Positions 13,165 through 24,276 of a DNA stretch of 64,000 nt are shown here, piece after piece. The stretch is from Emiliania huxleyi CCMP1516 (lineage: Eukaryota). Location: positions 1 through 64,000 of the forward strand of contig NW_005201240.1 in NCBI RefSeq assembly GCF_000372725.1, read 5' to 3'. The translations under genes and the position numbers were made by a program. Every line of letters starts with the position of its first letter. Position 1 is the stretch's first letter. Below the pieces are notes generated by a model, which saw only the letters and a list, made by a program, of their open reading frames with translations, did no database searches and was not told where the DNA came from.

Positions 13165-13821
13165 TTGAGAGATTGGCAGAATGAGTTCCGACCAAATTGG
13201 GAAACCGCTGGAATACTTGTACACGGTATCGTCACGGAGGCGCACATGGTGGCCGTCGTCGGCGGGGCCAAGGGTAAGCTTGCGACCGTCTCGTTCTGGG
13301 CCGAGGCCCTCAATGACTTTAACACCGGCTACGGGTTCGTCAACGGCACCTGCGGCTACTTTGGCAGCTTCAATGTACAGGTCGCTCACACGCGCCGATG
13401 CGAGGAGATGTCCATCAAGGTGCGCTACTCCTCCGCCGTCTTCCAGGTCCGCGCGTGGGCCGCCACCGTGCGCGGTGGCTACGTCTATGACCGGATTTCG
13501 GGCCCAAGGCATCGCCTCGACGTGTCTATCAGTGCCCCGGGCAACGCACCGGAGCGCACTTTTCCACATGGTCTGCTAGGGCAGTCCTTTTCCTCCTCGG
13601 TCCCACGGAATGGGAAGCAGGACAGTTACCCAGCCGCGGGACGCTTCGCCACTAGTGCGCAAGCCGAGGGAGCCATCGAGGGCACGGCGGCCATGTATGA
13701 GGTGGAGTCGCGCTACGCCACGCGCTTCGCATTCTCTCGCTTTGATATCGCGATGCCGACGACGCAGCTGCAGAATGACGTCGAAGCTGCCAGAAATGTG
13801 CTCCCGACCAACACAAGGTGA
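13165..13821 (+). CDS. C-terminal part of an extracellular-type protein (HGLLGQ...GAIEG...FSRF motif), probably 5'-truncated
   Basis: ORF with PHGLLGQSF...QAEGAIEG...YEV...FAFSRFD; no clear ATG start; AT-richer DNA immediately upstream. Confidence 0.5.
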   Translation: MRDWQNEFRPNWETAGILVHGIVTEAHMVAVVGGAKGKLATVSFWAEALNDFNTGYGFVNGTCGYFGSFNVQVAHTRRCEEMSIKVRYSSAVFQVRAWAATVRGGYVYDRISGPRHRLDVSISAPGNAPERTFPHGLLGQSFSSSVPRNGKQDSYPAAGRFATSAQAEGAIEGTAAMYEVESRYATRFAFSRFDIAMPTTQLQNDVEAARNVLPTNTR

Positions 13822-15154
13822 GCACCACGCCGCACCTACCTAAACAAAAGCAGACCCGCAACAACCCCACATGCCATGCTGGGAAGCGCAGCGCACGCGG
13901 CCTTGGTACGCCCCTCCCATCCGCGGATACGTACGCACGCGAAGGGTAGCGAAGGGGAGGGGACGGGTCCATCTCGTATAGCAGATACCCTCTGTATGCA
14001 CCCGACGCCAACGATCACCCACACGCAGACGGCATCGAGATTACATAACTCTATGGCGGGCCCGACCTACTATCTCTACCTTCTAAGCTTAACACGCCGT
14101 CTAGGATCAAGTGATATCACAGCCTTGTTATTGAGAAGAAAATACCTCCTATGGCGCTGTGCGCTGGTCTGTGAGAGGTTGAGGTGCGAGTGTAGAAACT
14201 TCTCTAAATACTAAGTGCATATCTTGTAACAAAGTCGGACTGGCTACTGTGCGATAACGCTGTCAAAAGGAGACTAGTTGCAAAAAGTCTCACGGGGAAA
14301 ACCCACCACAAAAACTGCAAAAAACGCGGTCACGGCCAGCTCGGCACTATCTACTCAAAAAAAGTGACATAAGTATCACTGACATTATGGACATAGAGCA
14401 CCCACACTTAAGCGTTCCGCGCACACACAAGGTCCGCCTGTGTGCGCCGCCAGCTTCCCAGGGCCATAGCGCGAAAAACGAAGGAGGAGATGCATCCTAG
14501 CTGTCGCCACCGAAGGCGACTCGACGTCGCTGAGATCGGAGATCAAGCTCTGACAGGTCACACGTCGCTCCTTTGACGCCGACGTGACTCACCCGTGCAG
14601 AGCGCATCAGGACACGGTCTCGACGCGCTCGGTACGACGCCTGCGACCCGTCTCGGGTCAGGTGGCACGACGCTCATCGCGCCTGTGATCCGGCAAAAGG
14701 AGCGGGCCGGGGGTCCCATCCTGGGGGTGTTTTTGTCTTTGTGTGTGGGGGGATGGTCGGCGACTTACCCCGGGGACAACAAACAAACCGGGGTCGAGAG
14801 CCCCTCGCCAACGCGCAACGGACGGCAACGCAGACAAGCACAGCCCAGCCCTCGCTCTCTGGCTGCGCCAGCAGCTCGTAGCCGCGCGCTCTTTTGCGCC
14901 CGCAAGCGGATGCCCTCCTCCGCGAGCGAGGCGCGAGAGAGGAGCGAGACGGCCGCGACGCGAGTAATGTCGATGGAGCTGTTGTAGCGAGAGGACGCGT
15001 ACGAGGAGGTTGGTGGGGAGGTCGAGGACGGGGCGGCGGCGGCGGCGGCGGCGGCGAGCGACGGAGGCGGCGCGAGCGGCGCGTGGGTGGGGCGGACATC
15101 GCCTATATCGTCGAAGCCAAAAATAAAAGAAACGAATCCTGTAAGTGAGATCGC

Positions 15155-16211
15155 ATGTGGACGTTGCTGCTCTTTGCCTCGTCCTCTCTCCTCCCGCCCA
15201 CTCCTGCTGCGTTGTTGCAGCGGCGGCGCGAGCTCCTCGGAGCGGCTGGATCGCTGCTCGGCGCGGCCGCGGCCGCTCCGGCGCCGGCGTTGGCTCTCGT
15301 CAAGGGCTCGGCGCCTCCGCCCAAGACTGGACCAAAGGAGCGCAAGTGCAAGAGCATCGACGAGTGTGAGGCGCTGGGCGAACGCGAGCGCGCCAAGGCA
15401 GCCGAGGGCGCTGACGAGACGATCGAGCGCACCCGAGGCGGCGACCGGTATCGCGACCTCGCCGTGGGGCAGGGCGGCAAGGCGGTCGCCGAGGGCGACG
15501 CAGTGGAGATCCGGTACCGCGTGATGCGGCTCGGGACCAAGGCGCGCGACGGCCTGTCCGGCGAAGGGCAGACAATCTTCTCCTTTGGGTACGGCGAAGA
15601 CGAGGCGCGAGTCACGGGACGGTGCACGATGTGGTTCTAATCCTAAGCGTTTCATTGAGAACAGGACCGCGAGGGCGACACGCTGCCGGTGCGGCCGGCC
15701 TGCCCCTCGCAGCCTGCAGTCGCCGGAGCACCGCACAAGGAGTGGCTGCCTTGATCAGGTCCGGCTCGCGGGCCGCAACCTGGTCGCCGGGGTCAACGAC
15801 GCGCTGGTCGGCATGAAGCCGGGCGGGCGGAGGCGCGTGCTGGTGCGCCCCGAGCGAGGCTGGCGCGACCTGACTGGCGCGTGCGCCGAGGGTACAAAGT
15901 CGCTCGGCCTCGACGCGCAGAAGAGGACGGACGCACAGTCGGGCAACCTGGTCTTCAAGGCGGACATCGGCGCCGCCATCGAGAATGAGCTCGCCTGCCA
16001 GAACAAGGTCTCCCTCCCTCAGCCACGCACCTACGGCGCAAAGGCGCGCTTCGGCAGGCGCTTCGACGAGTCACTCCTCGTCGAGCTCGACGTCGTCGGC
16101 TTCGCGGACCCGCAAAAGGCGGCGGGTGGGCTGGACGTAAGCTCGAAGGCCTTCAAGTGCCAGCAGAACCCGTTCGCCGACGGCTGCGACGACGGAGTGC
16201 CCGTCCAGTAG
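15155..16211 (+). CDS. FKBP-type peptidyl-prolyl isomerase, plastid thylakoid-lumen type (2 exons)
   Basis: Signal peptide plus twin-Arg RRRELL and A-x-A motif; YRDLAVGQG...GDAVEIRY...LVAGVNDALVGMKPGGRRRVLVRPERGW; intron ~15605-15758. Confidence 0.85.
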
Positions 16212-16535
16212 AGTCTCCCGCGAGACGGATATGTGAGAGGTCGAGGTTGTGGTCTGGATTCAAAAAATCGCTCCATGCCGCTGTGGCGTCGCGCTCTCTC
16301 GAGTCTGAGGATGTCGACTCTCGTCTCTCTCCGAGCCATAACAGCCACAGCGGGTGCCGCGCGGAGACGCGCGCGAGCGAGGCCGCGCCGAGACCGAGAC
16401 CGCGAGAGGAGCGAGACCCGAGACGCCGCTGTGCGCTGACAGAGTAATCCTCCCGGCACCGCGCGGCACCTCCCGGGCACATGGCCGAACACACTGTAGC
16501 GCTACTCGGCGTCCCCAGCAGCCTCATAGTATGAC

Positions 16536-18711
16536 TCATAGGAAGAGCGACTGGTCAGCGGCGAAGGCGGCGAGCGGCTCGATGAGCGACGACGAGATGA
16601 AGTAGAAGAGGATGCCGACCGCAACCTCGCGGAGGCGAGAGGGGAGCGTCGGGCGAGGGGCGGGCGGCGGCGGGGCGCGGCGCTGTGGCGGCGGCCCGGA
16701 CTGAGATTGCAGCCAGCAGAGAGGGAAGGCTGTGCTTCAGCGGCCGGTGTGGGCCGGACCGAGATTGGCAGCGCGGGCAGCACTCGCTCGAGGACGGGGA
16801 GGAGGGCGAGGGTGGCGCAGAGGCCGGCCAGGACGGCGATGGCGCAGGCGGCGAAGGCGGTGATCGAGGAGAGGCAGGCGCGGCCGACGAGGAGCGAGTA
16901 GAAGACGAAGTCGCCGAGCCCGAGCTTGATGCCGTGTCCCTCGTACACCAGCCCGGGGATGGGCTCGTTCCGCTGCTCGGCCGTCTCGACGAGCACTTTG
17001 AGAGGCCCGCGGGGGGTGAGCACCTGCCGGGCGGGGAATAATACATAATATTGTGATGTGTTTATGCCGCGAGGGGGGTGGGCACCTGCCGGGCGGGGAA
17101 TAATACATAATATTGTGATGTGTTTATGCCGCGAGGGGGGTGGGCACCTGCCGGGCGGGGGCTGCTGGTGACCACGATGAACTGCTCGTTCCTCCTCATC
17201 AGCCGCGAGGGGGCGAGCACCGGGGACGGGCTGCTGTACTGCCCACCGCTGTCCATACCCCCACCCTTCCCTTGCTTCTACCCCCACACCCGCCCCTGCC
17301 CCCACCCCTGCCCCTCGCCCCTCGCCCCTCGCCCCTCGCCCCTCGCTCGCACCGCGACGATGTCCCAGAGCGCCACCGCGCCGAGGACGCCCCACGTCGT
17401 CCACTCAGGCAGCTTGGTCAGGTTGTACGCGATGATCGCCTGTGATGGTTGTATTATTCTTATATATTACTATTGCAGCCTGGTCGGGTTGTGCGCGATG
17501 ACCGCCTGTCGAGACAAAGCCAGCGAGTGGGTAGTGACGCGCCAGCGGGCGGCTCGGGTCCGCTCTGTCGGCGGTGATCGCCGAGATGAGCACGAGCGAC
17601 GTCTGCCGCGAGCGAGGCAAGTCGAAGCCGCACCTTCAGCACCGCAGTGCGCCGTGTTGCGGCATCGCAGGTGCGCCGTGTGTTGAGCCGAGGCTGCAGG
17701 GCGGCGAGGCGAGTCGGCGCCGCACCTGCGCGCGCAGCCGAGGTCGGACCAGAAGACTGCGGCCGTCCTGTGTGAAGTACGGCGGACGTGTCTTGGACGC
17801 GCCCCTCCCGGCCGGACCAGGAGACGGCGCCGGCCGCCCAAACGGCGCAAAGGCTCCCGCCGCGGCGAGGACGGCGAGGTCGGGGAGGGTTCCGGCCGGG
17901 TCGTAGGCGTCTCGCACGCCGCGGAGCAGCTCCGAGCCTGGGGGGGGCAGGGTGGGGCGGGGTCAGGGCTGGGGGCTGGGGCTGGGGACGTTGCGCAGCA
18001 GCAGCAGGCAGCCAGAGACGAAGAGGGCACCCACGACCGAGAAGAGCAGAAAGCCGTAGATGGCCGCGTAGCAGGAGAAGCGGTACAGCAGGACGAGCCT
18101 CGCAGGGTTAGGGTTAGGGCGAGGGTCAGGGTCGGGGTCAGGGTCAGGGTCAGGGTTAGGGTTAAGCCTCGCAGTCAGGGCGAGGGTCAGGGTCGGGGGT
18201 AGCGTGTGGCAAGCGGCGGAGCGGGGCGAGCCCGCACGACGACGAGCTGTGTCTAGGAAGTGTGTACGACGCGCCCGCTCGTCACCACAAAGAGGAGGGC
18301 GACCATCGCGAGCGCGTTGAGCGCGACGCCGCCGGCGATGGTGGCCGCGTCGTCCGAGGAGTGCTCCTGGTACACCATGATCTCGGAGAAGCCGGAGGCG
18401 GGCTGCTCGGCGGCGTCGACCGTCTTGAGCAGGTAGACGACGATGGCCATCGTCGCGCAGACGGGCGCGAGGAGGGAGGCGACCTGCGCCGCCGGATCGA
18501 GCTCGTACTCGCCGTCGCCGTCGCCGCCGTCGCACTCGCCGCCGGCGCCAGCGCCGCCGCTGCTGCCCGCGCCGCCGCCGCTGCTGCCGGCGACGTCGCT
18601 TAGAGGCTGCGACGACAAGGCGCGGCTGTCGGCTGATGAGGAAGCAGGCTGCTGCGAAGGAGCGGCGCGCTCGACGTCGACGGACGACTCTCCGAGCTCG
18701 ATGTTCTGCAT
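16536..18711 (-). CDS. PSEN: Presenilin (gamma-secretase catalytic subunit), multi-exon
   Basis: [53 protein letters not shown] and LPALPIS motifs. Confidence 0.92.
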
Positions 18712-18782
18712 TCGCGGCGCGGCCAAAAATAGCGAAGTAACGGCAGAAAATAACCCGCGCAGCGGACGCGCCGCACCCAAGG

Positions 18783-20553
18783 GTGGCGTACGGCGTGTTC
18801 GAAGGACAGACACGATTCGGGAAGCGCGTCCCGGGAGACGCCCAGGTAAAGGATCCCAACGGAATCGGACCCTGTGGAGAAGAGGAGATACGGACAGCCT
18901 TTGGGGCGGGCATGTGGGGAGGAAAGCTGCCGAGCACGTGGGAGGTGATAGACGCGGAGATGTACGCGATACTCGCATACCTACGCAAAGTGGCGAGCGC
19001 GAGCGACACGCGCAGGCGCGACGGTCTAGTACTATGCGACTGCAAACCCGCGCTGCAGCAGATTGAGAATGCGCAGCGTCCGTAAAGGGATGCCAGTCCT
19101 AGAGGCGATTGCTTACTATAGATCGAAGCTAGAGGCAGTGGTCTTTGTGTGGGTGCCATCGCACGTGGGAATAGCCTGCAACGCATACGCCGACGCAGTC
19201 CAGTGGCGACAGCATACCTGGGAAATAACGACACGGAGGACGCCTCAAAAGTGGTGCGGCAGAGGACACAGTCACAGAGAAGAGCAAGAGGGAGATATAG
19301 TGGACCGACGGACGTACGGACACATGTGTCAGAGCGCGCACGAGTGGGTGTGCGAACAATTCCGAAAGACAGTGAGGCCGGGATCGACTGGTTGGGTAGT
19401 AGTCTAAGTTCTGAGCCTGGAGGCCTAACGGGTCTAAGTGTGGCTAGCCACGCTGGAGTGCTTGCGCGGTCTAAGATCAGCGGGAGCCTCTTACATCGGC
19501 TAAGTCGGCCGTGGACGGCCTGGGGCCAAGAGGCTCCCACCGTGATCAACGTACAAACGATACGGCGCAACCCCCAAATTTTCTTCGCCTGCGGCGGGCG
19601 ATCGATCCTTCTCATGCTCAGCAATCGCCGCCTCAGCATCCTCCTCTTCCGATTCTCGTTGCTGCTTCTTGAGCGCAATCTTCGGCGACTTCTTCGCCAA
19701 ACAGTTCTCACAAATAGCCTCAAGCTCAAACAAACGGATGTCAGAGAAGCCTGTGTATGCTGGTCCTCTTTGAACGATCCGCGCGTGAGGTAGCATAGGG
19801 CCTTGTTGACAGCAGCCAGCTTGTTGCGCTGCTTCGTTGCGATGAGCTGATTGGGATCGCAGAAGTGCATGCCAAGCACCGCCACGATCTTGAAGCAGAA
19901 CACATCGCAACCGCATCGTCCGCACTGCCATCGGCATGCCGCGCCCGCCGCTTCGCCGCAGCCGCCTTAAGGCACGCATAGCGGCAGCATATGGTACGTT
20001 GCGCGTACTTGAGCAGGCGTTGCGCGCCGCAAGTAGCGCACTGGCCCTGGGAGAAGGCGATATGGCGTCGTGCGCGGCACGCGGCAAACGTTGGTCGGGA
20101 CGCGTCCAGGTATTTTTCGGGTAAACCTGAAAGCTTTTCAGGTATACCCGGTTTTACCCGGAGTTGGCCTTATGTCGTCTAAGTTCATGGCCCCCGACCA
20201 TGGGGGTCTAAGTCCGAGCCCGGCTCCGTGCGGGGGCTAAGTTGAGCGCTCGCTCGCTGCAGAGGCTAAGTGTAGAGCGACCCTCTAGCCCTACTACCCA
20301 ACCATTCGGGATCGCACACGGCAGGGGTGGCGGGACGGCTGTGGAGCGAAGTGCAAGTGGCCGTAGCCAGCCTCAAACACCCATGGGACAATAAGATGAG
20401 ATTGCCAGATGAGAATGGGGGGGAGGACAGGCGAGCGACATTTGACGACGTCGGGGATCACGATGTGACGACCAAAATGATCTTGGCACTTGGGAGCCAG
20501 AGGGTGAGACAACAGGCCGGGGTGCCACATATGGGGCACACCACAGGCGCATT
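18783..20553 (+). mobile_element. Degenerate non-LTR retrotransposon fragment with RNase H domain, split by the TIR element at 19387-20306
   Basis: DAEMYAI...VLCDCKPALQQI...VFVWVPSHVGIACNAYADA RNase H motifs across frameshifts. Confidence 0.75.
19387..20306. mobile_element. Non-autonomous TIR DNA element, ~920 bp, copy 2
   Basis: Same termini as 3499-4429; 8-bp TSD CGGGATCG at 19379-19386 and 20307-20314. Confidence 0.93.
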
Positions 20554-21120
20554 CTAGAGGGGGCGCGCGACTTTGCGCGCGAGGCGGCGCAGCTTGAGAA
20601 CGGCGGTGGGCGAGAAGCCGCCGCCGAACGTCTCGTGGAGCAGCAGGTTGAAGTTGTTGCGCTTGACAAAGATCGCGTCGTGGTAGAAATCGCGATGCGC
20701 CTTGACGTAGCCGTGGCCGGTCTTGTGGGAGAAGGGTTGGCCGGGCTGCCCGCGCGCCTTGTTTAGGCGGCGGGCCTTCTCTTCAGTGTTGCCGAAGGCG
20801 TAGGAGTGGCCAACGGAGGCGGGCGTGCCGCCGCTCGAGCCTCGAGGCGTTGCCAACGCCCGTCGAGGAGGTCTTGAGGAGGGGCGTCCAGAGCTTGACT
20901 TCATTTACTTCATCGCATCCTCCCGGCCCAGCGTGGGGTTCTGCGAGGTCGACCTTGTACCCCTCGTTGTACTGCCGGGTGAGCTCTGGTTTCTCCTTGT
21001 CGCCGTGCACGACCGGCGCGTTGGCCGGGGCGCGCATCGCGTCCGCCCAGGCGGCGAGGACGCCGTCGTGGGGCCGCCGGTGGTGGGCCTTGTTGTAAAG
21101 GTAGTCTCCACAATCGCACA
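20554..21120 (-). mobile_element. Fragment of a restriction-like endonuclease (RLE) domain, CRE/SLACS-like non-LTR element
   Basis: GDYL...RRPHDGV...YKVDL...EVK...LLLHETFGG motif order, with a frameshift. Confidence 0.5.
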
Positions 21121-22702
21121 GAGATGCTACGATTGCGATGACTGCTGCTCACAATCCTTCGACTTCTAGGATTGAGAGCGAGGCTGCTCTCAATCCTAGC
21201 CGTCTAGAAAAGAAGGTTCACCCACAGTGTATGTAGTCGTGTTGTTGATGTTGTGTCGTGGTGAGAGAGAGAGAGAGATTTTTCTTGCATTTTTGCTCCT
21301 AGCAAGCAAGCCCACTCAACCCCAAGTACTCACCGTTTTACAGTGGTGTTTTTGTCGCAGAGGCTGCAGCCTCTGCTGGGGCGGAATGCGCGGGGTTTTC
21401 GGCGCGATGCCCTCGGCGAGTACACGCTACAGCTGTGCCGCACGCTCTCCTGCGCGCGCGTGACGTGTGGGACGCGTGCGCTGCGCTCAAACGTCGCGAT
21501 TTGGCGATAGGCGTTCGAGCCGGCGCACAGCGGATAGGTGCGCCGCGCAGGGGGGGTCGGAGGGGTGCGAGAGGGGGCGTGGGTCGGGCGCGCACCGGCT
21601 GGCTCCGGGAGCGGCCGTCACGTCGAGGAGTGGGGCTGTCGGCGGCTCGAGCGCCGAGGCGTGCCACTCTGCTTCGCCGCCGACAGCCCCTCTTCCGAGC
21701 CGGCGCGTGGCGACGAGCCGCGGCCAGTGTCGCTGGTTCCTTTGGCGGCGCAGCGTTTATCCCCCCCACCCGCGCCCGCCCGCCCGCCCGCCCGCCCTCA
21801 GGCCTTGCCCCTCCGCAGGCGCGGGAGCGCTCGCCGGCGAGCACCTCCTACCTCTCGTCGCCCGGCTGCTCCCTTCCCCCGTCACCCGCCGCGCCCTCGC
21901 CCGGCCGCCTCACCGCGCACGGAGCGCTCGGCTGCTCGCCGCCGCCGCCGCGCGTCCCGCGCCGCCACGCTTGCCCCCTCTCCTGACGCGCACCCCGCGC
22001 AGACGGCGCTCCGGGACAGACGGAGCAGCGACCGCGCGCGCGGTCGCTGCTCCGCCCCTCCGTCGCGCGCGCCGCGCGCGCGCGCTCTGCCGCCGCTGCC
22101 GCCGCGCCCCCCTCGCCGTCTGTTTCCCGCCGTACTCGAGTATGGTGTGCGGTGCGCGCACGCGCAGCGCACACAGCAGCACCTCCCCACACCCCACCCA
22201 CCCCGTCGCGCCGCCGCCGCCGCCCCCGCCGCCGCCGCCGCCCCCGCTGTAGCGTTTGGGGGGGCGACTGGCGACGGCAAAAATGCAAGCCCCGCCCCTG
22301 GCCACTGTTAGCAATACCAAACAACTCTAACACTCACACGTCATTTGTTTGGGGCAGCCTGGAGTGTCGTGGTGTGAGCACACAAGACTAGCGGAGTGCA
22401 CACCTGCCTTGGCGGGTGAGGGTCGTAAGAATCAAAGCCGCTTGGTGCCAAACGTGCTCGAGCGCGCCGAAGAGAGACGATCTACGCTGAAAGGAGGAAA
22501 AAAAAAGCCAAGAGAGTTGGAGGGCGGGAGAAGCCAAAAAAGCCTCCGAAAAGCCACAAAAAGCCAGCGAGCCTCCCGTTACGCGATTGCCGCGAAGCGC
22601 AGCAATCGCGTAACGGGAGAAAACCCCCGCAGCGCTCGCTTTCCTGGCTTATCCAGGACGCTATACCCCTCCCGCCTCGTCCGTCGCCCGGTCCGGGACG
22701 CG

Positions 22703-24243
22703 ATGAAGTGGCTCGTGCTCGCCACTGCCACCGCCGCTGCCACCGCCGCTGCCGCCACGGACCCGCGTCGTCTGCAGTGGGAGGACAACTGCGTGTACAA
22801 CTGTCCCAACGAGGCGTGGCCCGTGGCCCGCCACACCGCACTCTGGGCACGCCCGTGAGCTGCACCGGCCTCCCTCGTGCGCAGTGGATTGACGACGGCG
22901 CGTGCGACCTGGAGTGTAACATCGAGGCTTGCAACTGGGATGTGCGTGCCCGCTCCCCGCCCGCGTTAGCCACCGGCTGGCACACGAGCTGCGGCTCCCG
23001 CGCCTCCGCAGGGCCGGGACTGCTTCCACGACGCGAGCGAGTGCTTCGAGCAGTCGAACGGCGCTGATTACCGCGGCAAAGTTGATCACACCAAGTCTGG
23101 AAGGACCTGCCAGGTGAAGGGGCGGCCACCCCACCCTCCCGCAGAGGACTCACAGACACACAGCCGAGGAGCTTGCGGTCCGTGTCTCTCCCCGCGGCGC
23201 GACCCTCTATAGCGTACCGATGCTCCTCCCCCTCCCCCCCCCCCCCTCGCCCCCGCAGGCTTGGGCCGAGCAGATGCCGTGGCACCACACCATGACCGTC
23301 TTTGACTACCCCGACGCTGGCTTGGGCGGCCACAACTACTGCCGCAACCCGACCGGCCGCGAGTCTGGGCCGTGGTGCTACACGACCGACTACCCCGACG
23401 TGGAGTGGGAGGAGTGCGACGTGGGGGAGCCGAAGAAGTGAGCGCTGGAGAGAGAGAGACGTCCATGACAAGCCCCTGTTGCCTCACCCGAACACCTCAC
23501 ACGCTCGGTCATCAGCCTCCGCTCGCCATCCCGCGGCCAGGTGCGACGCCAGCGAGCCGAGCCTGATCGCATCGGCGCAGACCCGCGCTCCCGCGCAGTA
23601 CGCCAAGCTGGACGGACGCACGTACGCCAAATGTGAGGGCACGTACAAGCGCTCGGACGACCTGATCCAAGGCAAGCCGATCTGGGACCGCATCGACCCG
23701 GACAGCTCGCGCTTCATCTTCTTCTGCTCGGGCAAGTGGCGTGTCACCGGCTCGCAGTGGCGCGAGGGCCTGCTCGCTGAGAACGGCGGCTCGTGCGGCT
23801 CCTTCATCTCCTCCGACGATGGCGCTGCGGAGTGGTACGCGGCAAAGTGGGATGGCGCGGGCGCCGTCGCCGCCGCCGTCGCGGCGGACGGCCTCATCCC
23901 GCTCAAGCTGCGCGAGGGGTGAGTTCGGCCGAGATCGCGAGATCGAGCGAGATCGGCCAAGGCCATCCGAGATCGAGGGAGATCGAGCGAGATCGAGGCC
24001 GCACAGCATCACCCGTGAGTGTCTGCGACCGTCACAAGGGGGGGTTCCTCTCCTCTCCCCATCTTCACAGTCACAGTCACCCGCGCCTTCCCTCACTGCC
24101 GTCCATGTGGTGCGTTCGCGCAGGGCCGACGGGCACGTCAAGGAGCTAGAGGTGGTCTACTACGTCGCGAGCTTGCCGCCGAGTATGCAGGGCGTCAAGG
24201 CGCGCGCGGCCCCCCCTCCGCCGCCCACGCCGCCGCCCACGCT

Positions 24244-24276
<33 letters not shown>

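Noticed and set aside
17963..19903. 646-aa minus-strand ORF
   Set aside because: It runs through a TIR element, an antisense retrotransposon fragment and off-frame presenilin; a chance ORF in GC-rich DNA.
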